Part shown: positions 56,392-64,000 of the stretch, piece after piece
How the letters are laid out: the number at the start of each line of letters is the position of its first letter
How positions within the stretch are numbered: the stretch's first letter is position 1
From: Patescibacteria group bacterium
GTDB lineage: Bacteria; Patescibacteriota; Microgenomatia; Levybacterales; UBA12049
Direction: 5' to 3'
DNA length: 64,000 bases
Assembly (NCBI GenBank): GCA_035946335.1
Contig: DASYZL010000006.1
Location: forward strand, 1,772 to 65,771
The notes under the pieces: generated by a model
What the model was told of the DNA's origin: nothing
The model's database searches: none
What the model saw: only the letters and a program-made list of their open reading frames with translations
Translations under genes and position numbers: made by a program

Positions 56392-57686
56392 CGTCCGACC
56401 CCGACATAGATAAATCCGATGTCTTGCATTTTCGAAGGATCATAGATATTTCGTCCGTCAATCAAGGTATTCCCTTTCATCAAGCTCTTCATTTTCTTCA
56501 TGTCCAGCTGCTTGAATTCACTCCATTCTGTAATAAGGAGCAATACATCAGTCTCTTTTGCTGCTTCATATGCATCATGACAAAACGAAAGTCCTGAAAA
56601 TTCCGGAAGCTTTTTTGCATTATTTATTGCAATGGGATCATACGCTTTAACTATTGCGCCCAATTCAAGCAGTTTAGGAATAATAATACGAGATGGTGCA
56701 TCACGCATATCATCCGTATCAGGCTTAAAGGATAAACCCAATACGCCGATTGTTTTCCCTTTTACATTACCCTGAAGTGCTTTACGAACCTTTGTGACAA
56801 TTGCTAACATTGCCTGCCTGTTAATTTCTTCCACATCTTTCAACAGGGTAAAGTCATAATTATAATCTTTTGCAATAGCAATAAGTGCTTTAACGTCCTT
56901 GGGGAAACAACTTCCCCCCCAACCAGCACCAGCATATAAAAAGCTATTACCAATTCTTTTATCAAAACCTACACCTTTCAAAACCTCTGGACCATTTGCA
57001 CCAGTCAATTCAGAAAGTTGCGCAATGGCGTTAGCAAAGGAAATTTTCGTTGCAAGAAATGAATTTGCCGCGTATTTAATCATTTCCGCAGTTTCGATAT
57101 TAGTAAGCACAAACTCGCCATCAATCGGCTTATGGAGTTCAATTAGCACTTTTTGCGCTTTGTCTGATTCAGTCCCGATAACAATTCTGTCTGGATGACG
57201 TGTATCGCTAATTGCCTGACCTTCACGCAAAAATTCGGGACAGGAAGCAATATCAAACTCTACTTTTTCCGTCTTTTCCTTTTCAATAATCGCTTTGACT
57301 TTTCTATTTGTCCCAATCGGCACGGTACTTTTTGTGATGACAACAGTGTAGCCGTCAAGGTGTTGTCCAATTTTTTCTGCAACTTCAAATACGACTGATA
57401 AATCTGCTTCGCCGGTTGGTTTTGGTGGCGTACCAACTGCAATGAAAATAACATTAGATGCAGGAATAGATTCTGTATAGTCAAGAGTAAACAATAACCG
57501 TCCTGCTTTCACATTTCTGATAACCAATTCTTCCAATCCTGGTTCATAAATCGGCAGGATACCTTTTTTGAGGTTTTCAATTTTTTCCTCTGTATGACCA
57601 ATAACCCATACGGTATTTCCTAAGTCAGCAAATACTGCTGCAGTTACTAACCCAACATATCCATGACCAACAAATGTTAATATCAT
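56388..57686 (-). CDS. ugd: UDP-glucose 6-dehydrogenase (UDP-glucose/GDP-mannose dehydrogenase family)
   Basis: N-terminal GHGYVGLVTAAVFADLG NAD-binding motif. Catalytic Cys in GGSCFPKD. 432 aa. Confidence 0.85.
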   Translation of the reverse strand: MILTFVGHGYVGLVTAAVFADLGNTVWVIGHTEEKIENLKKGILPIYEPGLEELVIRNVKAGRLLFTLDYTESIPASNVIFIAVGTPPKPTGEADLSVVFEVAEKIGQHLDGYTVVITKSTVPIGTNRKVKAIIEKEKTEKVEFDIASCPEFLREGQAISDTRHPDRIVIGTESDKAQKVLIELHKPIDGEFVLTNIETAEMIKYAANSFLATKISFANAIAQLSELTGANGPEVLKGVGFDKRIGNSFLYAGAGWGGSCFPKDVKALIAIAKDYNYDFTLLKDVEEINRQAMLAIVTKVRKALQGNVKGKTIGVLGLSFKPDTDDMRDAPSRIIIPKLLELGAIVKAYDPIAINNAKKLPEFSGLSFCHDAYEAAKETDVLLLITEWSEFKQLDMKKMKSLMKGNTLIDGRNIYDPSKMQDIGFIYVGVGR

Positions 57687-58564
57687 AAGGTAATTTGTTT
57701 CTTTATTTCTTGTAATCCTTCGTCAAACGAGTGAAGTCTTACGCCGAGTGTCGCTATTTTAGCACTATTTAAAGATAAATTAAATGGACGTTTTGCACGG
57801 TTTTTAAAAAATGCTTCCCTGGTTGTCTTTTCAATTAAATCCTTATCGAGACCAAATACCTCTGCAACTTTCACCGCAACATCATACGGATTGACTGGCT
57901 GCGAGCTTCCGGCATGAAAAATCCCTGTTGCTTGTTTCTTGATAATCGCATCGAAAACGCCTGCAATATCATCAATGAATGTTGGCGTATAGTAATGATC
58001 TACGACTGCTTCTATGTGTTTCCCCTGTTGCAACAGAGAGAGAAAGATCCGTACATATTCTTTTTTTTCAAAGTTTGCCCGGTACGGATAGGCGATGCGG
58101 ATTATTGTCCACGGAATACGCGCTTGTTCGACAACTTTTTCTCCCATATATTTTGTCATTGCATACCAGTTAACCGGTCCCCGCTCATCTGTTTCATTAT
58201 ATGTTTGCCCAAGGGGTTTATCACCGGGAAACACCATATCGGTTGAAATATAGATCAATTTCTTTTTTGCTCTTTCACAAGCGTTAACAACATGTTGCGT
58301 TCCGGTAACGTTAATTTGCCAAGAAAAACTTTTTTCTTTCAAATCTTTTTCTTGTTCTGCTCCCTCAACATCAGTATATGCAGCCATATGAATAACATAC
58401 TCAGCACTTGACGGGACAATCCGATTGATAACTGCTTCTCTATCGGCAATATCAATTCCCGTTTTTCGACTGATATCTTCAATTTCATAGGCATCCTGCA
58501 ATAACGCAACAGCTCGTGAACCGACAAGTCCTGAAAAACCTGTTCCAATAAGTTTTGTTTTCAT
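57683..58564 (-). CDS. rfbD: dTDP-4-dehydrorhamnose reductase
   Basis: RmlD-like pattern: short GxxGxxG, ...DIADREAV...HMAAYTDVEGAE..., ~290 aa. Confidence 0.7.
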   Translation of the reverse strand: MKTKLIGTGFSGLVGSRAVALLQDAYEIEDISRKTGIDIADREAVINRIVPSSAEYVIHMAAYTDVEGAEQEKDLKEKSFSWQINVTGTQHVVNACERAKKKLIYISTDMVFPGDKPLGQTYNETDERGPVNWYAMTKYMGEKVVEQARIPWTIIRIAYPYRANFEKKEYVRIFLSLLQQGKHIEAVVDHYYTPTFIDDIAGVFDAIIKKQATGIFHAGSSQPVNPYDVAVKVAEVFGLDKDLIEKTTREAFFKNRAKRPFNLSLNSAKIATLGVRLHSFDEGLQEIKKQITL

Positions 58565-58615
58565 ATATTCTTGTTATTTATTCTTAACGAAAACGATACC
58601 AAAAAATGAAGATTC

Positions 58616-58906
58616 TTAAGATATGTATTTATCTCCTAGAATACTCGGCGCTTTGATAACGATAAATTCTGTATCATCTCCTGTTGCGAATTCCTCAATA
58701 ACTGTTTGTGGATACACGACCCAAAAATCTCCTGCATAAGCAATTTGTTTTATCCCATTTGCCAGAAACGTTGCGCTGCCCTTCAGAACAATCGTAATTT
58801 CAACTGCTTTTTTGTGATAGTGTTTATCCTCAAAAGAAGGCTTTTTATTACCAATATGCTGCCAGGCAACTTCAACGAGTGACGATTTTAACAACGGTTC
58901 TTCCAT
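58616..58906 (-). CDS. Small cupin-fold protein (possible sugar epimerase/isomerase-like)
   Basis: 96 aa with a beta-rich cupin-like sequence. Occupies the position where rmlC is usually found between rfbB and rfbD. Confidence 0.35.
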   Translation of the reverse strand: MEEPLLKSSLVEVAWQHIGNKKPSFEDKHYHKKAVEITIVLKGSATFLANGIKQIAYAGDFWVVYPQTVIEEFATGDDTEFIVIKAPSILGDKYIS

Positions 58907-58969
58907 AAAATCGCCAAAAAACCATTCCTTTTTCCCCGTTGCAAATCTTTTTACCGCTCCAAGAAAAAT

Positions 58970-59986
58970 TTATTTGTTGTGTCCATATTGTTTTACATAG
59001 TATTCTTTATATGATCCATTCTTAATATCCTGCCACCAATCCTGATTGTCTTTATACCATCCGACTGTTTTTTCAAGCCATGTGTCAAAATCGTATTTCG
59101 GTTCCCACCCTAATGTAGTACGGATTTTTGTCCAATCAACTGCGTATCTTCTATCATGTCCAGGCCTGTCTTTAACAAATTCGATCATACTCTCATCTTT
59201 CCCAAGCATTTGAATAATTTTCTTCACAACTTCCAGATTGTTGATGTCTTCTGTCATCCCACCAACGCAATAGGTTTCACCAATTTTTCCTTCCTGTAAA
59301 ACCCTTTCGATTGCCTGACAATGATCTTCTACGTACAGCCAATCCCGTATATAGAGTCCGTCACCATATACCGGAACTTTTTTGTTTTCCAAAAGATTTG
59401 TAACGGCAAGCGGAATCATCTTTTCCGGAAACTGAAATGGTCCAAAGTTGTTTGAGCAGTTGGTTATCGTGGCTGGGAGACCATAGGTAACAAAATATGC
59501 TCGAACTAAATGATCTGATCCTGCTTTACTTGCTGAATAAGGACTTCTGGGGTTATATGGTGTTCGTTCATAAAATTTTTCCGTTGTATCCAATGCAAGC
59601 GCTCCGAACACTTCATCAGTACTCACATGTAAAAATTTCTTTATTTTTTGCCGCAATGCAACATCAAGTAACACTTGTGTCCCGGTTACATTTGTTTCCA
59701 CAAAATCAGCTGGGTGCATGATTGACCTGTCTACATGGCTTTCTGCAGCAAAGTGCACAATAACATCAGCTCCTGACATTGCTTTTTCAACTTCGTTAAC
59801 ATCACAAATATCTCCTTTCACAAAATGATAATTGGGATTATGTTCAACTGCTTTGAGGTTTTCCAAATTACCTGCATAGGTCAACTTATCGAAGTTGATG
59901 ATGTCATCATCGGAATGGTTTTTCATCCAGAAGAGAATAAAATTTGAGCCGATAAATCCAGCTCCGCCGGTAATAAAAAGTTTCAC
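58970..59986 (-). CDS. rfbB: dTDP-glucose 4,6-dehydratase
   Basis: ITGGAGFIGSNF, catalytic YSASKAGSDHLVRAY, ~338 aa. Confidence 0.9.
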   Translation of the reverse strand: MKLFITGGAGFIGSNFILFWMKNHSDDDIINFDKLTYAGNLENLKAVEHNPNYHFVKGDICDVNEVEKAMSGADVIVHFAAESHVDRSIMHPADFVETNVTGTQVLLDVALRQKIKKFLHVSTDEVFGALALDTTEKFYERTPYNPRSPYSASKAGSDHLVRAYFVTYGLPATITNCSNNFGPFQFPEKMIPLAVTNLLENKKVPVYGDGLYIRDWLYVEDHCQAIERVLQEGKIGETYCVGGMTEDINNLEVVKKIIQMLGKDESMIEFVKDRPGHDRRYAVDWTKIRTTLGWEPKYDFDTWLEKTVGWYKDNQDWWQDIKNGSYKEYYVKQYGHNK

Positions 59987-60522
59987 AATTTTTTTTCCTT
60001 TCGCAATCTATCCAAGAGCAGTATGCCAATTATACTACTGGATGCGGTAATTTCACCATCCATAACTTTTTGCACAGCGACGTCAAGGGGAACTTTTACA
60101 ACTTCTATACTTTCATGGAGGTCGGGGTGGGGTTCTCCAAGCGTAAGACCTTTTGCCAAGAATAAATAATTTTTTGCCAGAAAAACGCTTGCTGAGATAT
60201 CAATACTTCGCAGAAATTCAAACTGTTCTGCTCGAATACCGGTTTCTTCCTGCAACTCTCTCTTTGCGGCATGCAATGGTGTTTCGTGTTCGTTGATAAA
60301 ACCAGCCATTGCTTCAAGACTTTGTTTTTCCAGAAGATATCGGTATTGTGAAACGAGATAGAGTTCATATTGATCGGTGAGAGGAAAAACAGAAACTGTT
60401 GGTTTTCGAATCGCAACATGATGCGTTACATTGTCACCATCCGAATAGGTCAATTGTACTTCATCAACATGGAATAACTTTGCGGAAAAAACTTGTTTTG
60501 TTATTTTTTTTGGCGATTTCAT
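59983..60522 (-). CDS. NUDIX hydrolase
   Basis: Nudix box ...AAKRELQEETGI.... ATGA overlap with rfbB. Confidence 0.7.
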   Translation of the reverse strand: MKSPKKITKQVFSAKLFHVDEVQLTYSDGDNVTHHVAIRKPTVSVFPLTDQYELYLVSQYRYLLEKQSLEAMAGFINEHETPLHAAKRELQEETGIRAEQFEFLRSIDISASVFLAKNYLFLAKGLTLGEPHPDLHESIEVVKVPLDVAVQKVMDGEITASSSIIGILLLDRLRKEKKL

Positions 60523-60532
60523 CGGGAAGCTC

Positions 60533-61270
60533 TTAGGAGAACAAACTGTTTTTTACTTTTTCTGCTACTAAATTATTAGCCCGCAACAACTCATCGTAGG
60601 ATGTTCCTGCATCAACCCACCAGTCCATAATACCAACTTCCATTGTTCCTTCTTTCACATAGATATTGTTTAAATCTGTTACTTCTAGTTCTCCCCGGGC
60701 TGAGGGTTTCAGTGTTTTGATGAAGCCAAAAACCCGCTCGTCATATAAATAGACACCAGTTTGGGCAAGGTCAGATTTGGGAACATCCGGCTTTTCTTCG
60801 ATGGACAATACTTTTCCGTCTCTTGTTTGTTCAATAACACCATACTGCTTTGAGTGTGTTGGCATATGCATACCAAAAACCATTGCGCCTTTTTTTCTTT
60901 TCTCAAATCGTTCAACATCAGACTTTAATGACTTTCCGAAAATACCATCTCCCAATAAAACTAATAATTTATTATTTCCTGTAAAATTTTCCGCAAGCCC
61001 TATAGCTTGAGAGATACCACCAGGTTTACTTTGAACAGTGAAATATAAATTGAGATTAAAGTCTGACCCATCTTTTAAGAGAGATGCAAATTGACCAGCA
61101 TGATCAGGAGACGAGGACAACAATACTTCCATAATACCGGCACGATGCATTGATTCAAGTGCATAGAAAATCATTGGCTTATTGTAAACCGGGAGCAAAT
61201 GTTTGTTTGTTACTGCAGTAAGCGGCCTGAGTCTGGTAGCTAATCCTCCGGCAAGAATAAGCCCTTTCAC
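60533..61270 (-). CDS. rfbA: Glucose-1-phosphate thymidylyltransferase
   Basis: (V)KGLILAGGLATRLRPLT...KHLLPVYNKPMIFY matches RmlA. Start placed at a GTG that makes a GTGA overlap with the upstream small ORF. The ORF track extends to 61327. Confidence 0.85.
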   Translation of the reverse strand: MKGLILAGGLATRLRPLTAVTNKHLLPVYNKPMIFYALESMHRAGIMEVLLSSSPDHAGQFASLLKDGSDFNLNLYFTVQSKPGGISQAIGLAENFTGNNKLLVLLGDGIFGKSLKSDVERFEKRKKGAMVFGMHMPTHSKQYGVIEQTRDGKVLSIEEKPDVPKSDLAQTGVYLYDERVFGFIKTLKPSARGELEVTDLNNIYVKEGTMEVGIMDWWVDAGTSYDELLRANNLVAEKVKNSLFS

Positions 61271-61521
61271 AAAACTCCTTTCATAACCAGCATAATAATC
61301 GCAATTCCCATGAGTGCTATCGTACAATATTCCAAAACAATTTTCAATCGAAGATCATGATGGATAACATGATGCAATATTCCCCAAAAGCAATAGAATA
61401 GCGCCATAAAGAGAACAAGAAACAGTTGCAGTAATGTATTTCCTTGCGTTTGGCTGATAGCAAGCACAACAGCCCCAAGTACACCAATTTGGCAAATATA
61501 GTATCCAAGATGTTTTTTCAT
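61267..61521 (-). CDS. Small 3-TM membrane protein
   Basis: 84 aa with three hydrophobic helices. Its stop overlaps the rfbA GTG start (GTGA). Starts 2 nt after the CAP-domain gene. Confidence 0.4.
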   Translation of the reverse strand: MKKHLGYYICQIGVLGAVVLAISQTQGNTLLQLFLVLFMALFYCFWGILHHVIHHDLRLKIVLEYCTIALMGIAIIMLVMKGVL

Positions 61522-61523
61522 TG

Positions 61524-62432
61524 TTACAATAGCACTCCGCTTCCTAGTAATGTCGCAATTAAGAGAATTGCAATTAGGAAAAGCATGTGGTCAATGTTAT
61601 GCCCTACGATTCTAATAATCTGTTTTCTGTCAATAAGAATCACATCAATCGTTAAGGTAATAATAAACATCAAAACAAGGGCCATGCCGATAAGTCGTAC
61701 CAGCAACACGCTATTCATAAGAGGTGCTCTTACTACTGCCTGCGATGATGCTTGAGGCGCAAGAGAAGGAGGTATTGTAGGCATTGGCGTTACTGTTGGA
61801 TTGGGGAAAATATAATTTTGCGCTTGCACCTGCTGCACAATAGGTGGAATCGTTTGGGGACTCTGCGCGTAGGTTCTACTTCCAAACATTTCAACGACAA
61901 GCACCGTGTTGTTGTCTCCGGTTAATGTTCCTTGCTGTACAGCAAATCCAACGTTTGTATAGTTTTTGGAAAGCATATTGGCACGATGCTCGGGACTATT
62001 CATCCATGCAGTAATCACATCAGATGCGGTTGTATAACCACGAGCAAGATTTTCTCCAGCAGTCGTGTAATGGTAACCAGCATCAGTAATAAATTGCCAT
62101 GGTGTTACCCCAGTTGGGGAAACGTGTGCCCAGTAGTTATGAAAAAACATATCTTCTGCTTTCCCTGCTGCAGCCTGGGTCAGTTGTGAGTCAATAGTTA
62201 ACGGCGAATCTCCTGCCTGTATTCTATCCTGATTGGTAAGATTGAGTAAATCCTGGGCAGAAATGTTATACGAAATACCCAGAACATCCTGGTAATTTTT
62301 CTTTACTGTTCCAACAAAAAAAGAGCCGATGAACAACGCCACAGCAATAACTAAAACGCTATCGTAGTGAAGTATTTTTGCGCGCTGATTATTGGAGTAA
62401 TGAGGAAGAAACAGATGACGAAATAATTCCAT
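61524..62432 (-). CDS. CAP (SCP/PR-1-like) domain protein with N- and C-terminal TM anchors
   Basis: CAP motifs HYTQVVW-like (NYWAHVSPTGV...) and GENLARGY. Hydrophobic segments at both termini. Confidence 0.65.
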   Translation of the reverse strand: MELFRHLFLPHYSNNQRAKILHYDSVLVIAVALFIGSFFVGTVKKNYQDVLGISYNISAQDLLNLTNQDRIQAGDSPLTIDSQLTQAAAGKAEDMFFHNYWAHVSPTGVTPWQFITDAGYHYTTAGENLARGYTTASDVITAWMNSPEHRANMLSKNYTNVGFAVQQGTLTGDNNTVLVVEMFGSRTYAQSPQTIPPIVQQVQAQNYIFPNPTVTPMPTIPPSLAPQASSQAVVRAPLMNSVLLVRLIGMALVLMFIITLTIDVILIDRKQIIRIVGHNIDHMLFLIAILLIATLLGSGVLL

Positions 62433-62494
62433 TGTGTATCGAGCATAGCAAAGAATAATAGAATTGCAAAGAGTTATTGTTTACACAATGTGAA

Positions 62495-63418
62495 TTAATA
62501 TGTTGGCTCAACAGAAAATTTTCCGTCCTTAATGCTTTGACCATTTACTGGAATGTTCATAGCAAATGCAAATGCATTTGCTATTGCAACACCAACCCGG
62601 AGTCCTGTGAATGAACCTGGTCCAACCGCAACTGAAATATCTGTCAGGTCTTTTGCTGCAAGATTATGTTCTTTCAGCAGTTCGTCAATCATCGGTAAAA
62701 CATTTTGTGAACTTCTGGGAATAACTACTTCTTCCTTTATGTATGTTTTTCCACCAATGGCAAGGGATACAATAATTTTTTTGTTATCGCTGGTGTCAAT
62801 ATATATTATTCTTTCCCCTATAGTTTCTGATAGTTGCACATGCACAATCCCTTCTCTTAGTATTTTCCAAGGATACACTGAACAATCAATAATTGTTGAT
62901 ACGCTGCTTCCTCCACTTGGTTCAAGTAATGTAAAATCAACGAGTGATAATAAGCGTTTGTCGATATCAGCAAACGCTGAAGGCGTTTTTTCACCAGCAA
63001 AATTTGCCGATGGCGCAATTAGCGGCACACCAACTCCTTGAATCAATTGCAAAAGGATGGGATGATTTGTTTGTCGAACCGCAAGTGTTATTCCATTTGC
63101 CCGCACAATTGAAGCAACCTTTTCTGTTTTGCATGGCAGGATAATAGTCAACCCTCCTGGCCAGTATCTTTGTAGTAATTGTTCTTTAACTTCCAGAGGA
63201 ATTGGCAAAAGATAGTCTTGGGCCATTTTAACACTGTCAACAACAACCAATACTGCTTTTTCTTCAGGCCTTTTTCTGATTGCAAACACTTTTTTTATTG
63301 CTTGCTCGTCATCAATCCTACAACCAATGCCATAAACTGTATCTGTTGGAAAAATGCCAACGCCACCTTTTCTAAGTAGTTCTATGGCCCGTTGGATATC
63401 TTTTGCATGGAGTATCAT
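62495..63418 (-). CDS. Fusion protein: L-threonylcarbamoyladenylate synthase (TsaC/YrdC) N-terminal domain + TsaB (YeaZ) N-terminal domain
   Basis: YrdC signature GGVGIFPTDTVYGIGC...RYWPGGLTIIL...SAN in residues ~1-190. TsaB-like IIYIDTSDNKKIIVSLA...ISVAVGPGSFTGLRVGVAIANAFAFAMNIPV in residues ~195-300. Single uninterrupted 307-aa ORF. Confidence 0.7.
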   Translation of the reverse strand: MILHAKDIQRAIELLRKGGVGIFPTDTVYGIGCRIDDEQAIKKVFAIRKRPEEKAVLVVVDSVKMAQDYLLPIPLEVKEQLLQRYWPGGLTIILPCKTEKVASIVRANGITLAVRQTNHPILLQLIQGVGVPLIAPSANFAGEKTPSAFADIDKRLLSLVDFTLLEPSGGSSVSTIIDCSVYPWKILREGIVHVQLSETIGERIIYIDTSDNKKIIVSLAIGGKTYIKEEVVIPRSSQNVLPMIDELLKEHNLAAKDLTDISVAVGPGSFTGLRVGVAIANAFAFAMNIPVNGQSIKDGKFSVEPTY

Positions 63419-63933
63419 ATTTTTTGTATGGTTATTTTTCTCTTGTTTTCATCAAGATAAGTTAATTGTAATTGCCATGCCGACTTAGGCATATATCTTC
63501 CTAATTTTTCCGGCCACTCGATAACAGTAAGCGCAGAAGAATTCTGCAAAATATCTTCTATGCCTAAATCTTTAATTTCGTCTTCGTTTTGTATCCGGTA
63601 CAAATCAATATGATAAAAATCGTGTATGCTATCAGCATTTGTTGCTATTGCATATTTTCTCAGGATAATAAATGATGGTGAAATAATCCGCTGTTGTATA
63701 CCAAATGCTTTTGCTAACCCTTGAGTAAAACTTGTTTTGCCGCTTCCAAGATCGCCGGACAACAGTATTGTATGCCCACCTGTCACATGTTTCGCAAAAT
63801 TGTAAGCAACATGCTGTGTTTCTACAAGACTATTAGTAATAATTGCACGCGTTCGCATAGAAGATATCATTGTTTTGTATTGTAAATGTTGAGTATACCA
63901 TACACAAGGACACAAAGAATCCCTTCCCTGCAA
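63415..63933 (-). CDS. tsaE: tRNA threonylcarbamoyladenosine biosynthesis ATPase TsaE
   Basis: P-loop LSGDLGSGKTSFTQG...ISPSF typical of TsaE/YjeE. ATGA overlap with the tsaC-tsaB fusion gene. Confidence 0.8.
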   Translation of the reverse strand: MQGRDSLCPCVWYTQHLQYKTMISSMRTRAIITNSLVETQHVAYNFAKHVTGGHTILLSGDLGSGKTSFTQGLAKAFGIQQRIISPSFIILRKYAIATNADSIHDFYHIDLYRIQNEDEIKDLGIEDILQNSSALTVIEWPEKLGRYMPKSAWQLQLTYLDENKRKITIQKI

Positions 63934-64000
63934 ATTTTATAAAGAAAGGTTTGATGAGACAATGTTCGTGTTAGAAGGTTACTTTATCTACCTCCACAAT

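Noticed and set aside
1-64000. Searched for a CRISPR array (regularly spaced 25-40-bp direct repeats) and rRNA genes
   Set aside because: No periodic repeat-spacer structure or rRNA-like conserved stretches were seen. The only repeats found are the 29-nt pair at 17.25/18.16 kb, the 15-mers at 24.07/25.34 kb and the palindrome cluster at 25.9 kb.

Overview
This window is a low-GC (~35-40%) bacterial chromosomal segment with compact, often overlapping genes (ATGA/GTGA junctions). Gene content suggests a small-genome, Gram-positive-like or candidate-phyla-radiation-type bacterium: LCP ligase, SecD/SecF, TsaE/TsaB, an archaeal-type class IIb AspRS, a bacterial RRM protein and a DUF5679 zinc ribbon. 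Three blocks are visible. (1) 0-15 kb: envelope and transport genes (TolB-like beta-propeller, LCP, two ABC-2 exporter pairs flanking an acyltransferase-3 gene, MFS), a DEAD-box helicase plus RRM-protein operon, and a ~974-aa secreted protein with GH5-like, dockerin-like and phosphoesterase domains. (2) ~15-28 kb: a patchy accessory region containing a frameshifted RibD_C/DHFR-family gene, VOC, cupin, a TauE gene flanked by 29-bp direct repeats, and a CsoR-permease-cupredoxin membrane protein-CopZ copper cluster. It also holds a very AT-rich three-gene operon encoding an OLD-family ABC-ATPase/TOPRIM nuclease sandwiched between two small multi-TM proteins, then an XRE/zinc-ribbon divergent pair, a palindrome cluster, and a large serine recombinase whose 3' end overlaps a tRNA-Gln(CTG). 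This looks like an integrated element or defence island at a tRNA. (3) 28-64 kb: housekeeping genes (dgkA, gltX, D-Ala-D-Ala carboxypeptidase, aspS, recJ, Nudix, cca, HIT, Fic, secDF, HtrA). A ~13-kb surface-glycan cluster carries three nucleotide-sugar routes (dTDP-rhamnose, UDP-GlcA to UDP-Xyl, GDP-6-deoxyhexose) with a GT39/PMT-like glycosyltransferase and a DPM-synthase-like GT2-GtrA fusion. A CAP-domain protein and a tsaE plus fused tsaC-tsaB(N-terminal) t6A module close the window. No rRNA or CRISPR array was seen. All calls rest on motif recognition by eye; no database searches were run.
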